Shown in pieces: positions 15,021 through 27,694 of a stretch of 64,000 nucleotides of DNA. Each line of letters begins with the position of its first letter. The stretch's first letter is position 1. The stretch lies in assembly GCA_036172245.1 (NCBI GenBank), contig JAYWIR010000002.1, positions 2,790,001 through 2,854,000 on the forward strand, in the 5' to 3' direction. Position numbers and translations under genes: made by a program. This stretch comes from Raillietiella orientalis (Eukaryota). The notes below the pieces were generated by a model that saw only the letters and a list, made by a program, of their open reading frames with translations, searched no databases and was not told the DNA's origin.

Positions 15021-15353
15021 GTAAAGAACTGGGAATTTTCCTGCGTTTTTCTCTCTCCATTCCCGGCGTACACGTACCTGTTCTGGCAGCCAGGAGCAAT
15101 TCCCTGTAGCCCTCTCTTGTTGTCTTCGGGAAAGCACACCGAAGCGCACGCACAGGAGAGCTCCGCTCGCGACGGGCAGGAAGTGCTGAGAGCACTCTGC
15201 TCCACATTTCCGCAACTTTAGAAGGCCCCGCCGTCAGTTCTTCTTGTGCCAGTTTTTCCGCGTTTCTTTACCACCAGCGATTTCTGGACATCCGGAAACG
15301 TGTTTGTGTGTGTGTGTGCGTGTACGTGCGTGTGTCTCTCGCATGCATATGTC

Positions 15354-16014
15354 AAGATGCCATGATGCGTCGTTGTGCCTGCGCCAAGGATGGTCGCACT
15401 GGGCAGCTGCTTGTCTTCTGTCATAGATTCTGTTGCTGGTTACAAACCGAGCCGCTGCTGAAACACGGTTTATCCTGTTCATGTGTGTCTCCTTTCAGTA
15501 GACCGGTGGATGCGCAGTTTGGGTGTTCCGATTGCTCGCACACTCTCCGGCTTCCAACTGAATCATGCGCTTCTGACAAGCGAGAAATAAAGTTTTTATC
15601 TTCGACTGGGTGGTGATCTGTGGGATGCATGAGGTTATCGGCAACTGTGCGAAAATGATGAAAAAAAAAGAAAAGGCCTGATGGCTATTTTATGGTTTTC
15701 AGCTTCCCGCCAAATCGAAGAACATCACTTACCAAGTGTCCCACGTCACGAGAAGCAAGCGTGGCGAGATTATGGGCCAGAGGAAAGGTTTTCGCGGATG
15801 TACCATCTGGTTCACAGGTGAACATCTTCGGAGAATGGGGACGAAGAAGAGAACGAGAAATGACAATTCTCTCGTATCTGAAAGATGCCATGATGCGTCG
15901 TTGTGCCTGTGCTGTGGGTGGTTGGGTGGTCACACCGGGTTGCTTTGTTTCTGTCGCAGCTTCCATTGCTGCTTACAAACCGAGCCGATACCGGGATTGT
16001 TTATTCCTTCACAT
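15354..16014 (+). repeat. Diverged direct repeat (about 130 bp): copies about 15354-15484 and 15882-16014, flanking the PAPSS exon at 15703-15817
   Basis: Identical blocks AAGATGCCATGATGCGTCGTTGTGCCTG (28 bp) and TTACAAACCGAGCCG (15 bp), with a diverged sequence between them. Confidence 0.85.
15703..15817 (+). CDS. PAPSS: PAPSS exon (N-terminal APS kinase entry), separated from the next exon by a ~2.4-kb intron
   Basis: ttttcag acceptor; [41 protein letters not shown] donor at 15818; phase matches the 18178 exon (G|GT CTG TCG). Confidence 0.92.
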
Positions 16015-19000
16015 TTCGCTTACCAGGACCTGGTGAAGGCATCTTCTTTCTCCTTGGTCCAAATGTTTTCTCTTCGTGTCATCTTGGATTTTTTTTTTTT
16101 TTTCCAGAGTAGCCAACATCAGACAGGCATTTCGGGATGGGGAGGGGAGGAGGGGCAGCCTTTACGCACACGGTCCTCGTTTGCGAGATACGTGAATTGT
16201 AGACCTTCGCTCACTTCTTGCCTTGCGAGAGAAACCTGCTGGTTCCTCTGGAAACCGTTCTCCAGCGAACCTGGTTGAATTTGTGGCTCGCGTGCTTCGA
16301 GAACCAGAAAAATGCCGTCTCGAAACACGCGGAAAGCGGAACTGTGCACGCTCTGCCCGCGAGCGGAGTTGGCGATGCAAGCCTTATCGGCAGCCCCCTT
16401 CTCTTGCCGCAAAAAGTGCTCCAGCTCCTTGCCGTCGCCTCTGCAAAGTGCACACCACTTCGGGGTGGCTCATGCATGGGCCCGCAAGCAGTTTTTTCAG
16501 CAGCTTGTTCTCTTTCTCTCCTCTATGGGTCGAATGCAGAGGTGGGGGGGAGGGGGGTGGATGGGCTGAGTTGGGGTAGCAGAAGAACAAGGGAAAGGCT
16601 ACACCTCTAGAAATCTCAGGCCTGATCACGAGACTCAAACCGTACTAGTTCGCATCCAGCCATCTTCCGTTCATATGTTTTTTTTTTCTTTGGTATTTCA
16701 TTTTATTTGCATCAGCAATGATGAAGATGAGCACACGTCAGCAGTCGTCGTTCTTAGGAGCGAGGGTCCATCGTGTGTTCTCTGTGGTCCTTTCGATTCT
16801 TCCACTGTTCGTCTTCCTGCCATTGGCTCGTGGACGTCTCTGATTCCTCAGTCCGAAACCTCCTCCTCCGCTTTTGATCAAATGTGTGTGCTTGGGTCTC
16901 GCTCCCCACGGATACTTGAACTCCAGGTGTTCTTGCGAAACGAAATCTTGCGTTCCCTCCGCAGCGGCGTCAGACGCATAGCACATCGCGAGGGCGCTCG
17001 GCCCAGGTCCCCTGGCAAGCGATCAATCGAACCGTGCCTTGCTAGAAGTGGTGTGTTAAACCTGCAAGCAGCAAGGAGACTGCGCCTGCAGAACGGGTAG
17101 CGCTCGTCGGTGCACTCGAAGAATCCTTGAGTGGAGGTCAAAGGACTTTTGAGGGAAGGTCCAGTCGAGACGTCAGGGTTGCGGCGTTTCGTCAGGGCTC
17201 CCTCGAAAGCGGCCACAACAACCTCTCGGAGGCGATAGTCTCACTCAGTGGTGACTTGTTGCTGCTGCTGCTGCTGGGGGACAATGCTCGCTCGCACACT
17301 GCTCGCGCTGCCCCCACCCCGTGAAAAGGAAGCGTACTCTTCCGGGCTATTTCCCAGCTGCAGACCGCACGGCACGAGTTGCTTCCTGAAAGGGAACCGT
17401 CATCCAGCTTCCGGGAAAACCGCGAATGGATTTCTCATTCCGACACGGGCGCTCCAGGGTGTGGTTTTGCAGTTTTACAGATTTTGGAAGGCAAAAAAAA
17501 AAAAAAAATGCCCAAAGCAGCCTCTTCCGGAGTGATGCCACGTTACAAGGAGCGTCGTCACCCCTGGGGTGAAGATGCGTGTTTATTTCATTTTATTTTT
17601 TCCTCGTCCCAAAGCGAGACCAAAACTTCGACAACGAAAGAAAGAGCTTGCTTGGCGCCGAGATTACTGCATGGTGCTAATGGATTCACGAGCCACGAAG
17701 GCTTTGTGGGTGGATCCGCGGGTCGTAGCTGCTGCCATCCCGAAGCGAACCTCGACTCCATCAAAGACCGAGACCGGCACCTCTGGTCGTGCGGCAAGGT
17801 GCGGAACGCCTTCCTGAAGCTGCGGGGACATAGAGCTTGCAACGAGGACCGTCCCCGACCCGAGCGAAAAGAACCGTTGGCTCTTGGAGATTCCTGCGGT
17901 TGTGGTCGCTTTCATGGGAGGGAACGGCGCCAAGCGCTTGACCTCGTCAGTCGGTAGGCATGGGCAGCACGGAACGGGGTGCGCGCGCGGACGACGCGGA
18001 GATGACCTGCTTGTGGAGGGGCTCTTCAGAATCGGATGGTTTCCAGCTTCTTTTGTGACTTCTGGTCCTGGAACTGTATCGGCTTCCCTGTCCTTTCGGG
18101 ACTATCCCCTTCTTCCTTGGTGCCGCCCCCAATTCGCCTCCTCGCTTGCTCGTTTCTGGAACCTCATCTCTGTGTAGGTCTGTCGGCGGCCGGGAAGACT
18201 TCCATCAGCTTCGCCCTCGAGAACATCCTGATCCACAATGGGATCGCCTCATACAGTCTGGACGGAGACAACATCAGGCACGGGCTGAACCGGAACCTCG
18301 ACTTCTCCGTGCAGGATCGCGAAGAGAACATCCGCCGCGTCGCCGAGGTCGCCAAGCTGTTCGCCGACTCGGGGGTGATCGCGCTCTGCAGTTTCGTGTC
18401 GCCCTTCGCCAAGGTGCATATCGGGGTGTTTCGTATTCGAGCCAGAAAACTGGACGCCCACACAGCCGCACCCAGATGCTCTCTTTTCTTCTTATCCCAT
18501 GTCTTCAGGACCGGGATGCGGCGCGGATCATCCATGAGGAGTCTGGCCTGCCCTTTTTCGAGATATACGTGAAGACGCCGCTGGAAGTGTGCGAGCAGAG
18601 AGACAGCAAGGGGCTGTACAAGAAGGCGAGGCTCCAGCAGATCACCGACTTCACTGGCATCGACTCTCCGTACGAGGAACCGCAGCATCCCGATCTCGTC
18701 CTCTCCACGGTCGGCTTCAGCGTTGATGAGTGCGTGGCCCAGCTCGTTTGCTTCCTGAAGGAGAAGGTAAGACATGCGCGCTGCTTGAACTGCAGGGCTG
18801 GGTTAGCAGGGGGATGCTCCTCCCGTCCCGCTCCTCATCCCTCCGCACGGGACGAACGGCACGCAGTTTCTGCGCGCCTCTGCCTCCGAGAGCTCCCGGG
18901 TGCGCTCTCCCGGCTCCGGATCCATCCTTCGGGAGGAGGGAAAGGTCGTCAATTATATATTTCCGCTTTTTTTTTCTTTTTTTTCCTGTCTCCCCTCTTC

Positions 19001-22000
19001 TTTCCTCTTCCTTTCCATGCCTATCCTTGCTCTACCGCATTGGAGACCTCGAGTCCAGGGACTGGTGGGTCCATCGGACTGGTGCGAGTCCGCTCAAGTC
19101 CCCGGAAGAACTCGTGGTCTGGCAGTGGACGCAGCGATCGATCGACGGACCCCATGGCAGTGTAGGCGGCTGCAAGGGGGTTTCCTACCCCTCCTCATTT
19201 CTTTTTGTTTTGTGGCTCTGGCGCCCTCAAGACGCGGGACATGAAGGTACGTGTGCCCTTCATCTCCGGCCCCATCTAACGTTCGCCCCTCCCTCCTTTC
19301 CCCTTTCTGGATGGCCGAAGGCGTCCGCTGGGTGGAGTTCATTCCGAACAGGAGTTGGTCGAGAGGCAGGGAGGGTCCGACGCAGCGCGTGGTGGCCATC
19401 GGCTTCCTGCTTCGCCTCCCTCCTCTCCATCTGGCGCGAGCTCCTCGCGACCACGTTGTCTCTCCTGCCCTCTTCCATGAAGCCTTCTTCTCCCATCTCA
19501 GTTGCTGCATCACGTGTTTGCTTCGGGAGTTCTCCCCTTTCCTTGCCACTCCCTTTTCGTCGCCTCTACAGCTCTCCTCCGCCTTTCCTGGGGAGCGGCG
19601 AACGGCAGGCGTGAAGGTGTGGGAGAATGAACCCGCGGAAAGGGTACGGGATCTCTCCCTAACTTCCTCTTATAGGATCCATAAATTCTGGGGTACAAGG
19701 AGGGGAGAGCGGGGGACCTGTGCTGCTGACGGATGTGCACACTCGGGTAGGGGACGTCGCAGGTTTTCCAGAGGATCCCGCGGATGTATATTTCCCGGCA
19801 AAGGGGCTTGCGTTTATCAAGGAGTTCCGGTCATAGAGAAGAGTTTGCTGATCGGGGGGGGGGGCCTTTAGATGCGGAATTCGTCTCCCGAGGTCCCTCG
19901 CCTGAGGGACAGCTGTGGAAAATGGCAGAGCAGAGTGCGAGGGAGAAGAGAGGGGATCGGGAATCGAACCGTGCTCCCGGTTTCCACGGGGTCATGGGTC
20001 AGTAGATCTATCGAGTTGGAGCCACGCTGCCATGCCGCGGGGGGTAGGGGGTTCTTGCGTTTCTTCCCAGCGACCGCGGGACTCGGCCGTGCGGGAAGGA
20101 GGAAGGGTGCCATTGGGGAAAGAGAAGGGCCGGAATTTCCATCGTGCTAGCGATGAACTGAGACATCAGAGTCCTCCCCGCTTTTTCAGTGGAGATTCCC
20201 TGCATGCTCCTCCGAAAAATAGCGACCTATGTTCTACGCCGGTGAGCATCATCTCGCATCCGGGGCTCCCAATCCTCCTCGTTTTTCCCGGTCGGCCAGT
20301 GCAATTGGGTTCTCCCTCGTTCCAAAGCAGAAGCGCGTGCTCATGGGGATGAGGAGGGGGGGATCTCGTCCCTTTACCCACTTTGTTTCCCACGGATGTC
20401 CTTGCCTAGGACCCTCCTCCTGCCGAGAGAGTTGCTCGATCTCCTGATGGGGTGGCGCATCTGTCGCGCAATCGAAAAGTGGAGGGGAAGAGGAAAAAGG
20501 ATGGGTAGCGATCCCAGGCGCGCACACATCCCCTCCCCCCCCCTTCCCTCTTTCCTCTCGTAGGGGGCCACTTTTTCTACTCACCTCCGCCCCCGCATTC
20601 TTGCCTTTCGCCCCGCTCCTATGCGCGCTCCGCATGTGCCCTCTGCGAGTGAAGCAGAAAGTCTCGTCGTGTCCTCAGGGAGTCATTCCGATGTCCGACG
20701 AAGTTCTGGAACTGTTCGTTCCCGAGGAGCGCGTCCCGGAACTGCTCGTCGAAGCGTCCGGTCTGCCGGCCCTGGATCTGAGCGACCTGGACGCTCAGTG
20801 GCTCCAAGTCCTCGCCGAGGGCTGGGCTACACCCCTGCAGGGCTTCATGCGCGAGCTAGAGTACCTGCAGAGCCTCCACTTCAACTGCCTGCGCCAGGAC
20901 CGCCTCGTCAGCCTCAGCGTCCCCATCGTACTCCCGGTGTATGCAGAAGACCTGCCCCGCCTCCGCGGAGCTACTGCGGTAGCGCTGAAGTTTCGAGCGC
21001 GCTGCGTTGCGATCCTTCGTCGGCCGGAAATCTACGCCCACCGCAAGGAGGAACGCGTCTGCCGCCAGTTCGGCACCAGCAGCGCGAAGCATCCCTATAT
21101 CAAGGTCTGAGCAACGATCCTCTCCTTCCAAGGGAGCGGACAGGGGTGGGGGAGCTGTTGACCGACAGTGACGAGGACTGCCGCTTACGCTTCCTTCCAG
21201 ATGATTTACGAGAGCGGCGACTGGCTGCTGGGCGGAGACCTCGAGGTGCTAGAGCGCATTCGCTGGCACGACGGCCTGGACCACTTGCGCCTGACTCCGA
21301 AGGAGCTGCGTCAGCGATTCCGGGAAATCGGCTCCGACACGGTGTACGCCTTCCAGCTGCGCAACCCGCTGCACAACGGACACTGCCTCCTGGTGAACGA
21401 TGCGCGCCAGCGGCTGATGGAGCTCGGCTTCAAGCGTCCCACGCTGCTGCTGCATCCCTTGGGCGGCATGACCAAGGCGGACGACGTCCCCCTCCATGTC
21501 CGAGTGCGCCAGCACGAGGCCGTTCTCCAGGACGGGAAGTTGGCGGGCGCGGAGCATACCGTCCTTGCCATCTTCCCATCTCCGATGATGTATGCCGGCC
21601 CCACCGAGGTGAGTGTGGCGGCTGCTGCTGCACAATCTCCTCTCCCCTCCTTTCTCCTCGCTTCGCTCTCCCCTTCCCTCCACCACCACCATCTTCAGTA
21701 ATAATGGCAGGTCCCCTCCCCTTTCCCCTTTTTTTACTGCTCCCCTTCTTCTTGTGAAGCACCGAGACCCTATTTCCCAAGTTCTCCCGGAGACTCAGGC
21801 CTCTTCCTCCCTCCCTTTCCTTCTCTCAGAGCCTCCGAGAGCAACAGGGTTCTCTCCATCCATGAAGGGCCTTTCTCCAGGTGCAGTGGCACGCCCGGAC
21901 ACGGATGTTCGCCGGTGCCAACTTTTACGTTGTCGGTCGCGACCCGGCCGGCCTCCCGCACCCGGAGAAGCCCAATATCGACCTGTACGATCCCACTCAC

Positions 22001-22322
22001 GGCGCCAAGGTGCTCGGGATGGCGCCGGGTCTGACGGAGATGGAGATCATCCCCTTCCGCGTCGCAGCCTACGACAAGACACGCGCTAGCATGACCTATT
22101 TCGAGCCGGAGCGGGTTCAGGACTTTATCTTCATCTCGGGAACGAAGATGAGAAGTGAGGAATCCGCGTTCCTTTCTTGTCATTTCCCTAACGTGGGAGC
22201 GTGGCCCGCGTGGTTTCTTTCTAGCGCTGGCGAAATCTGGCTCCGAGCCACCTCCAGGATTCATGTCCGAGAAAGGATGGGAGGTGCTTCAAGACTACTA
22301 TCGCTCCTTGGAACAGGAATAA
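15703..22322 (+). CDS. PAPSS: Bifunctional 3'-phosphoadenosine 5'-phosphosulfate synthase (APS kinase plus ATP sulfurylase). Exons 15703-15817, 18178-18413, 18509-18766, 20679-21104, 21201-21608, 21881-22154, 22225-22322; first coding exon not fixed
   Basis: The seven GT-AG-bounded exons sum to 1815 nt in one frame (604 aa plus TAA). Motifs: [33 protein letters not shown] (P-loop), [52 protein letters not shown] (HxGH), [52 protein letters not shown]. Confidence 0.97.
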
Positions 22323-25300
22323 AGGGGAGCAGCCTTTGCATCCCCTCTGCCCGCTTTCCTGCATCATTCCCGCGAAAGGGGAAGCGGGGGAGAAGGAGGA
22401 AGGAGGGTAGCTCCTTGTGAGCTTTTGGAATTCTCCGAGTAAGCGTGGAGCTTCCCGACGGTTTCATACCGGGTCTTCTGAGTAAGCACTGCATTCCTCC
22501 GAAAGGCACCATCAGCAGTACTGGGGGGAGCGGAAACTAGACGGAGGACTCCATGTGCAATGACATTGGTAGGAGGGGTCATGGGTGACCCTTTAAGGGA
22601 GAGGAGGATCCCTTGGCTCAGGACATCCACGCACTTCGAAAAGAGTAAGGGAATTACGGAGGATGTTCACTTCAGTGGCAGCCAACGGAAGATCCTGGGA
22701 GTCGGGAAGGGATGGGAGCGTCTCGCTTTCCGGACTGCCAGTCGGCGGGAACTCCTGCTGCTTATGCACTGACACCCCATCCTTCTTTTTCTTCCTGCAA
22801 ATGCGCCGCACTTGGTGATGACGAGGGTCTTGCCTTCCTCGATTCAGGGGAGAGGGACGGGGGAAAACGAGGAGATGATCAGTAGCTAAGGAGAGATCTG
22901 GATATCCCTGGCGCCGCTGTTTTCCCTGCTGCTGTCTCTTCTTATTGCTCCCTCCATCGGAAATCCTTCGGTGGGAAAAAGTCAGGAAGAACAGAGACCA
23001 ATCGGAAGAGCGAATAGTCCTCCTCGCGCTATCCATTTTCTTCCTGGCGCGGGATGGTGTTTTCTGTCTCCTCCCGACGGAGGACTTCAGTCTCGGGAAG
23101 AAGCCACACCTTGAGACGAGCGGCTCGGGAGGTGCCTCGGACGAAGGGTTTACGCGGGTCCAAAGGGCACCACGAAGTTTTGGCAGAGGGACGGACAGCG
23201 GAGCACACTTCGCGGTCAGTAGAAGACCTCCAAACCCCCTTTCTTCTGGTCGGAAGCGCAAGTTGGCTTCCCTCCCTCCTTTCCCTTCTTTCTCCTCTCT
23301 CAGCTCTCCCGTCCTATTTTTCTCTCGTTCGTTCCACATCTTCGAAAAGGACCTCTGACTTCTGTGGGGGAGAACAGAAGCGGAGGAAGCGTTGCCGCCG
23401 AGAGAGGATGGCGGTAGGTCAAGGAGACCGCGAGGAATGCACCGGTCGTGAAGCCGGGGAACCGGAATCCGGACCGCGCTTCTCCAGCTCCGAGCAGGCG
23501 CAAATGCGCGCGCCACCCAGCGTGCCCTTCGGGTGCGAGGAACTCTCCGGCAGTGTGAGGTGCGACGTGAAAAGACGATGAGGTTCCTTCTCCTTTCGTT
23601 CATCTCTTCCTCCCGAACTGAACGCTCCGTTCGCGACCCCTGGCGTCACCGCACCCCGCCGTGACGAGGTGCGAACCCGTCCGACGAGCGCGGTTACCCC
23701 CGAGTCGAAGTTTGCCTCTGCTGCAGCAAACTCACTGACCGACAGCACTGGCCCTTAAGTGTGTGTTTCCTGCTTTCGTTTCCGCTTGCATGCTGGTGGC
23801 AGTCTTCTCCCCTCCCCTCCGGCGAGGAGGGGGTGGCTTCATAGAATTCGTTCCGTGCAGCACTTCGGGAGGACTCAGGTCGCTTGGATCACCGCATCCT
23901 CGCTCAAGCCTCCCCCTCCTCCTCGCGATCTCTGAATTTCCCTCGCCTGTTACATTGCGGGAGTAGGAGATCAAGTATGCCGCCGTCATCTCTAAGAAGC
24001 GAGTCATGCGCAGCAGCAGCAGATGCAAGCCGCCAGCGGATTCGAGGTCAGCTAGCTGGTGGCATAGCAATTCTCGCTCTCGACGCTGAGGTCGCTGAGC
24101 GATTTTTAGGATGACTAGGAAAACTAACTGGCAAGGAGGCTTTGCCCCTACCATCCCTCTGTTCGTTTCACCCTTCCTTCAATTCTGTAACTTCCCACGT
24201 TAGGGGCCATGTGGTTACGTGTGCTCTCCGCGCGTGGCACCAAGAGTCGCTCGGAGATCTTCCTTTTTTCCTCCTCCCCTCCTTCCTTCTTCACACCATT
24301 CTCTCCTGCTCCTTTTATTTTCTTGTCGGCCTTATACCCTCCAACGCAGAGTTGCAACTCGAACAAGCAGGGTAGGCCTGGCATTCCCGTCGCCGAAGGA
24401 CCTGCCGCCTCCCGACCACCACCCACGATGGGAACCCTAGTCACCGAGTGAAGCGGATGGAGGTCGGGAGGAGGACTACACTCTGGGATGATGTGTTTCT
24501 GGTAACACCACGTCCGGGTCTCTAAATGGGATGTCGTGCCTCCGAGTGCTCGTCTGCCTCTCTCTAAAGGAGTTTATGCCATGGTGGAATGGAAGCTGAC
24601 CCTTGATTCTTCCTGATCCCTGACGTGATTGAGGATACATCAGGCAGCCAGATCCACCGCTGCTCTTCTGCTCTCCACTTGAGGCGTTTTGTGGCAGCGA
24701 GCACGAATTGCGGTTGGATGGCAATACGCGCGGCACGGAACTCGTCTGCAGGCTCGTCTGTGCGCATAGGACGGTGAAGAGATGCATTGTGTGATGTCTT
24801 TGTACAATCTTCGATGACCACACTGTTACTGATTAGTTGAGACATCAGTATGTGGAAAATGCCTTCGAGGATCACCAGGATGGCACTCTTTTATCCGTCA
24901 GCATTGCGGACCCACGGACTCCCATCATCAGCATTCATGGGGTTCGTGGAAAAAAGCTCTCCCTTCTGGGAGGTCGTCTTTAGGGAGTAGCAAGGGAGTG
25001 GGAGAACAGCTGCACGCATAGCTTTGGATTCCCACAGGCACTACACCTTGGTGTGATCCAAGGAAAGAGGAGCTCAGGGACTTTAGGAATTCTTTAATCC
25101 ACTGTTCCCATAGGATGCCTGCGCGCCATATCGGGAAGGTCGTCTCCCTTGCAACAACATAACCACTGAGGATGGGATCTTCCAAGGATGCGGCGTTCCC
25201 CAAATCTCCTTTTTGTTCTGCGGTCACCATTGTTTTGCAAACAACTTTCCTTCTTCTGTCTCTCTCCCTCGCTGACGGTTCCTCCTTTCCGGCGAGACCT

Positions 25301-27572
25301 TGGCTACAGCTATTCCATTCCATCAAAGTTGGGGAAGGATCCTCTCATCTCACGTTCATCTCACATCTCACACTCTTCTCTTAGAGCCTTTTTTTTTTTT
25401 TCCAATCATTATTATTGCCTATTGGAGAGCTTGTAAAAAAAAGTTGCAAAGCCAACATTTTCGCCTCCTATTTTGTTTTGGCAACTCGCTACGGGCGGCG
25501 GTCGTCGAATTCGGAAGAACGGGGAATCGGATACGCAGAACAGAAGGTGTTTTTTTGGAAGCCTTGGTCACACCTTGAAGTCTTCCGGACTGAGCGAAAT
25601 CGTCAGCATTTCGTCAAGTCGTCTCTGATGTCGTCAAAGATGGCGCCAAAGGCCGGGCGGTCAATACACCTCGAAGTTGCTACTCGAAAATGTTTCTGCA
25701 TCCGCGCTTGTGGAGTGCAGACTTCACACCGGTCACGTGATTCTCTTCTTCGAGATGAAATCCGAAACGAGATTGAGCTGCTTACTATGGAACGAATCGC
25801 TACGCTGCTCCCACTCAAGGACGCGCTATTTCATGTTACAACTTTTCGCCGCGGCTGTTCCTCAGGGCGATTTTTTTTTTCTTCATGTGCGCAGAAATCA
25901 AGGCCACCTGCAAGCATAGTGTGTGAAGCTGTTTACTCTGCTTTTCCATGTGATCACGTCCCTGGTTCCCAATGCCGATGATGGTCGAGATAGAACTTGC
26001 ATCGGATCTAAGTGGTGAGGGAAAACATTTTTTTTTTTTCCGTAAGTCTTCTTGGCTCGTTATTCCTTGAATCCACGTAGAGAAAGCTTCACGCAAAGGA
26101 GTTACTTTAAGCGAAAATCTTCCAGGTCGGTTTCGTAAGTTGAGAAGCAGGAGCGCCCCTCCATTGCTGTACCATCAAGTTTCGTTTAGAGACCTGCGCA
26201 TTCCACGTCGAAACCCTTTTCCTCCAATCTCGATGAAGCTTCAGACCCGAATGTGGTCCAGAATTCAACTCCGTTATCAGTTCCGCAAGCTGATCACTTC
26301 CTTCCTTCGGTCTTTTCATCCACTTCGAAGTCTTTCGGCGTCGCTGCTTCCAGAATCCGTCTTACAGAGTCGAGGAAGGCCTTCGCTTCCAGAGCCACTT
26401 CAAAGAGGCTTACAGAAAAAGTGGAAGCAACAGAATTCCTCGAAGAGCAGGATTGCACTATACATAGGGAAGCGTGGGAGCGACAGTGCCCCTTTCGGGA
26501 TTAATGAACTTTATAATTTCCTTGCTTAGCTAGGAATGAAAAATTCTCATCACGACTTGAATTCCTTAAATGCAGTCACTGTTTCGCTGTCCAGTTCCCA
26601 AGCTTCCCTGTTCTCCGGAAGGTCTGATGGAGCCTCATCCGTATCAAGGGATGCTTTGTGCTACCGCTGATATCTTAGAATCGTCGGAAAATGCAAAGAC
26701 TAGTACTAGTTACGGCCCGTTTTAGGGAGAGCGATCTTCCTGACGCATCTTCCAGTGCCGTATCGTTGGCTTGTACGTCACACTGTGGCGCTGGTAGAGC
26801 GTGATGCCCGTGCTGCTCTTCGTGTCCCTGTTCAGTTGAAGCAGGAGAGCGGGCCTGGAAATTCTTAGAGAAACGAACATACAGGTGCGTTTTCCAAGCG
26901 TACCATTATAACAAATCTTCCGGGGATGTGGATTGCTTGCAAGTAATGTACGATCATCAGTCTTCTGTCCCCAGGATGTCTCGCTTTTCTCTCCACTGTT
27001 TCTTCCCCTTGTGATCATTTCGAATGCCAAACTTCCAAATGAATGAGTTCGCACTGAAGGCATGCAACGCGTCGCATCCTGCAAGTCGAGGGACCCTCCA
27101 AGTTCCTAGATTGCACGAACCTTTGCAATACAAATTCGGAGATGGTCAAGACTTCAACTTTCCTTCGACGGCACCGGAAGGGTTTTGTCAAGAGTTGCTC
27201 GAGACGGAGAGAGGGTAGAGAGAGATCACAAGTCCCCCGAGCCAACTACACTCAGACTCGTGCCTTTCTTAAAAGTTGAGGACAGCTGAATCTGAGGGAT
27301 TAAGTCATGACACCCGAGCTAGCTGAAGTCAGATCAGAGAGACAAATGAATGTTCACGGTGGCAGGAGGAGAGAGAGAGTGACAGGATATCGTCTGCTCT
27401 GTCTTAGGAACAAGTGTTGTTCGAGGTTACAGAAGGATGGAAAGGAAAGGGAATATCGGGAAGGAATGCCCTGGGGCGCCTGCGCCGTTAATAGGAATTT
27501 CCAATCAGCTCACTAGAGTGAAGAGATTAACCTCCCTTTTTTTCCAAACCTACCTTTTCTTTTTTATATTGT

Positions 27573-27694
27573 ACTGAGTAACTTTTACCCAATCTGGTAT
27601 GTCCGCCCTTATACTTGAAATGTTTGCATCTTTGGAAAAAAAGACGGGGTCAAGTTAAGGGAGGATATACCAGATCGGATAAAAGTTACTCAGT
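27573..27694. mobile_element. MITE-like element, 122 bp, with ~46-bp terminal inverted repeats
   Basis: Left arm ACTGAGTAACTTTTACCCAATCTGGTATGTCCGCCCTTATACTTGA versus right-arm reverse complement ACTGAGTAACTTTTATCCGATCTGGTATATCCTCCCTTA-ACTTGA (4 substitutions, 1 indel). Short non-coding spacer; no clean TSD seen. Confidence 0.6.

Noticed and set aside
15703-22322. Horizontal origin of the GC-rich PAPSS gene
   Set aside because: It has the animal-type kinase-then-sulfurylase order and multiple spliceosomal introns, and flanking non-coding DNA is equally GC-rich.
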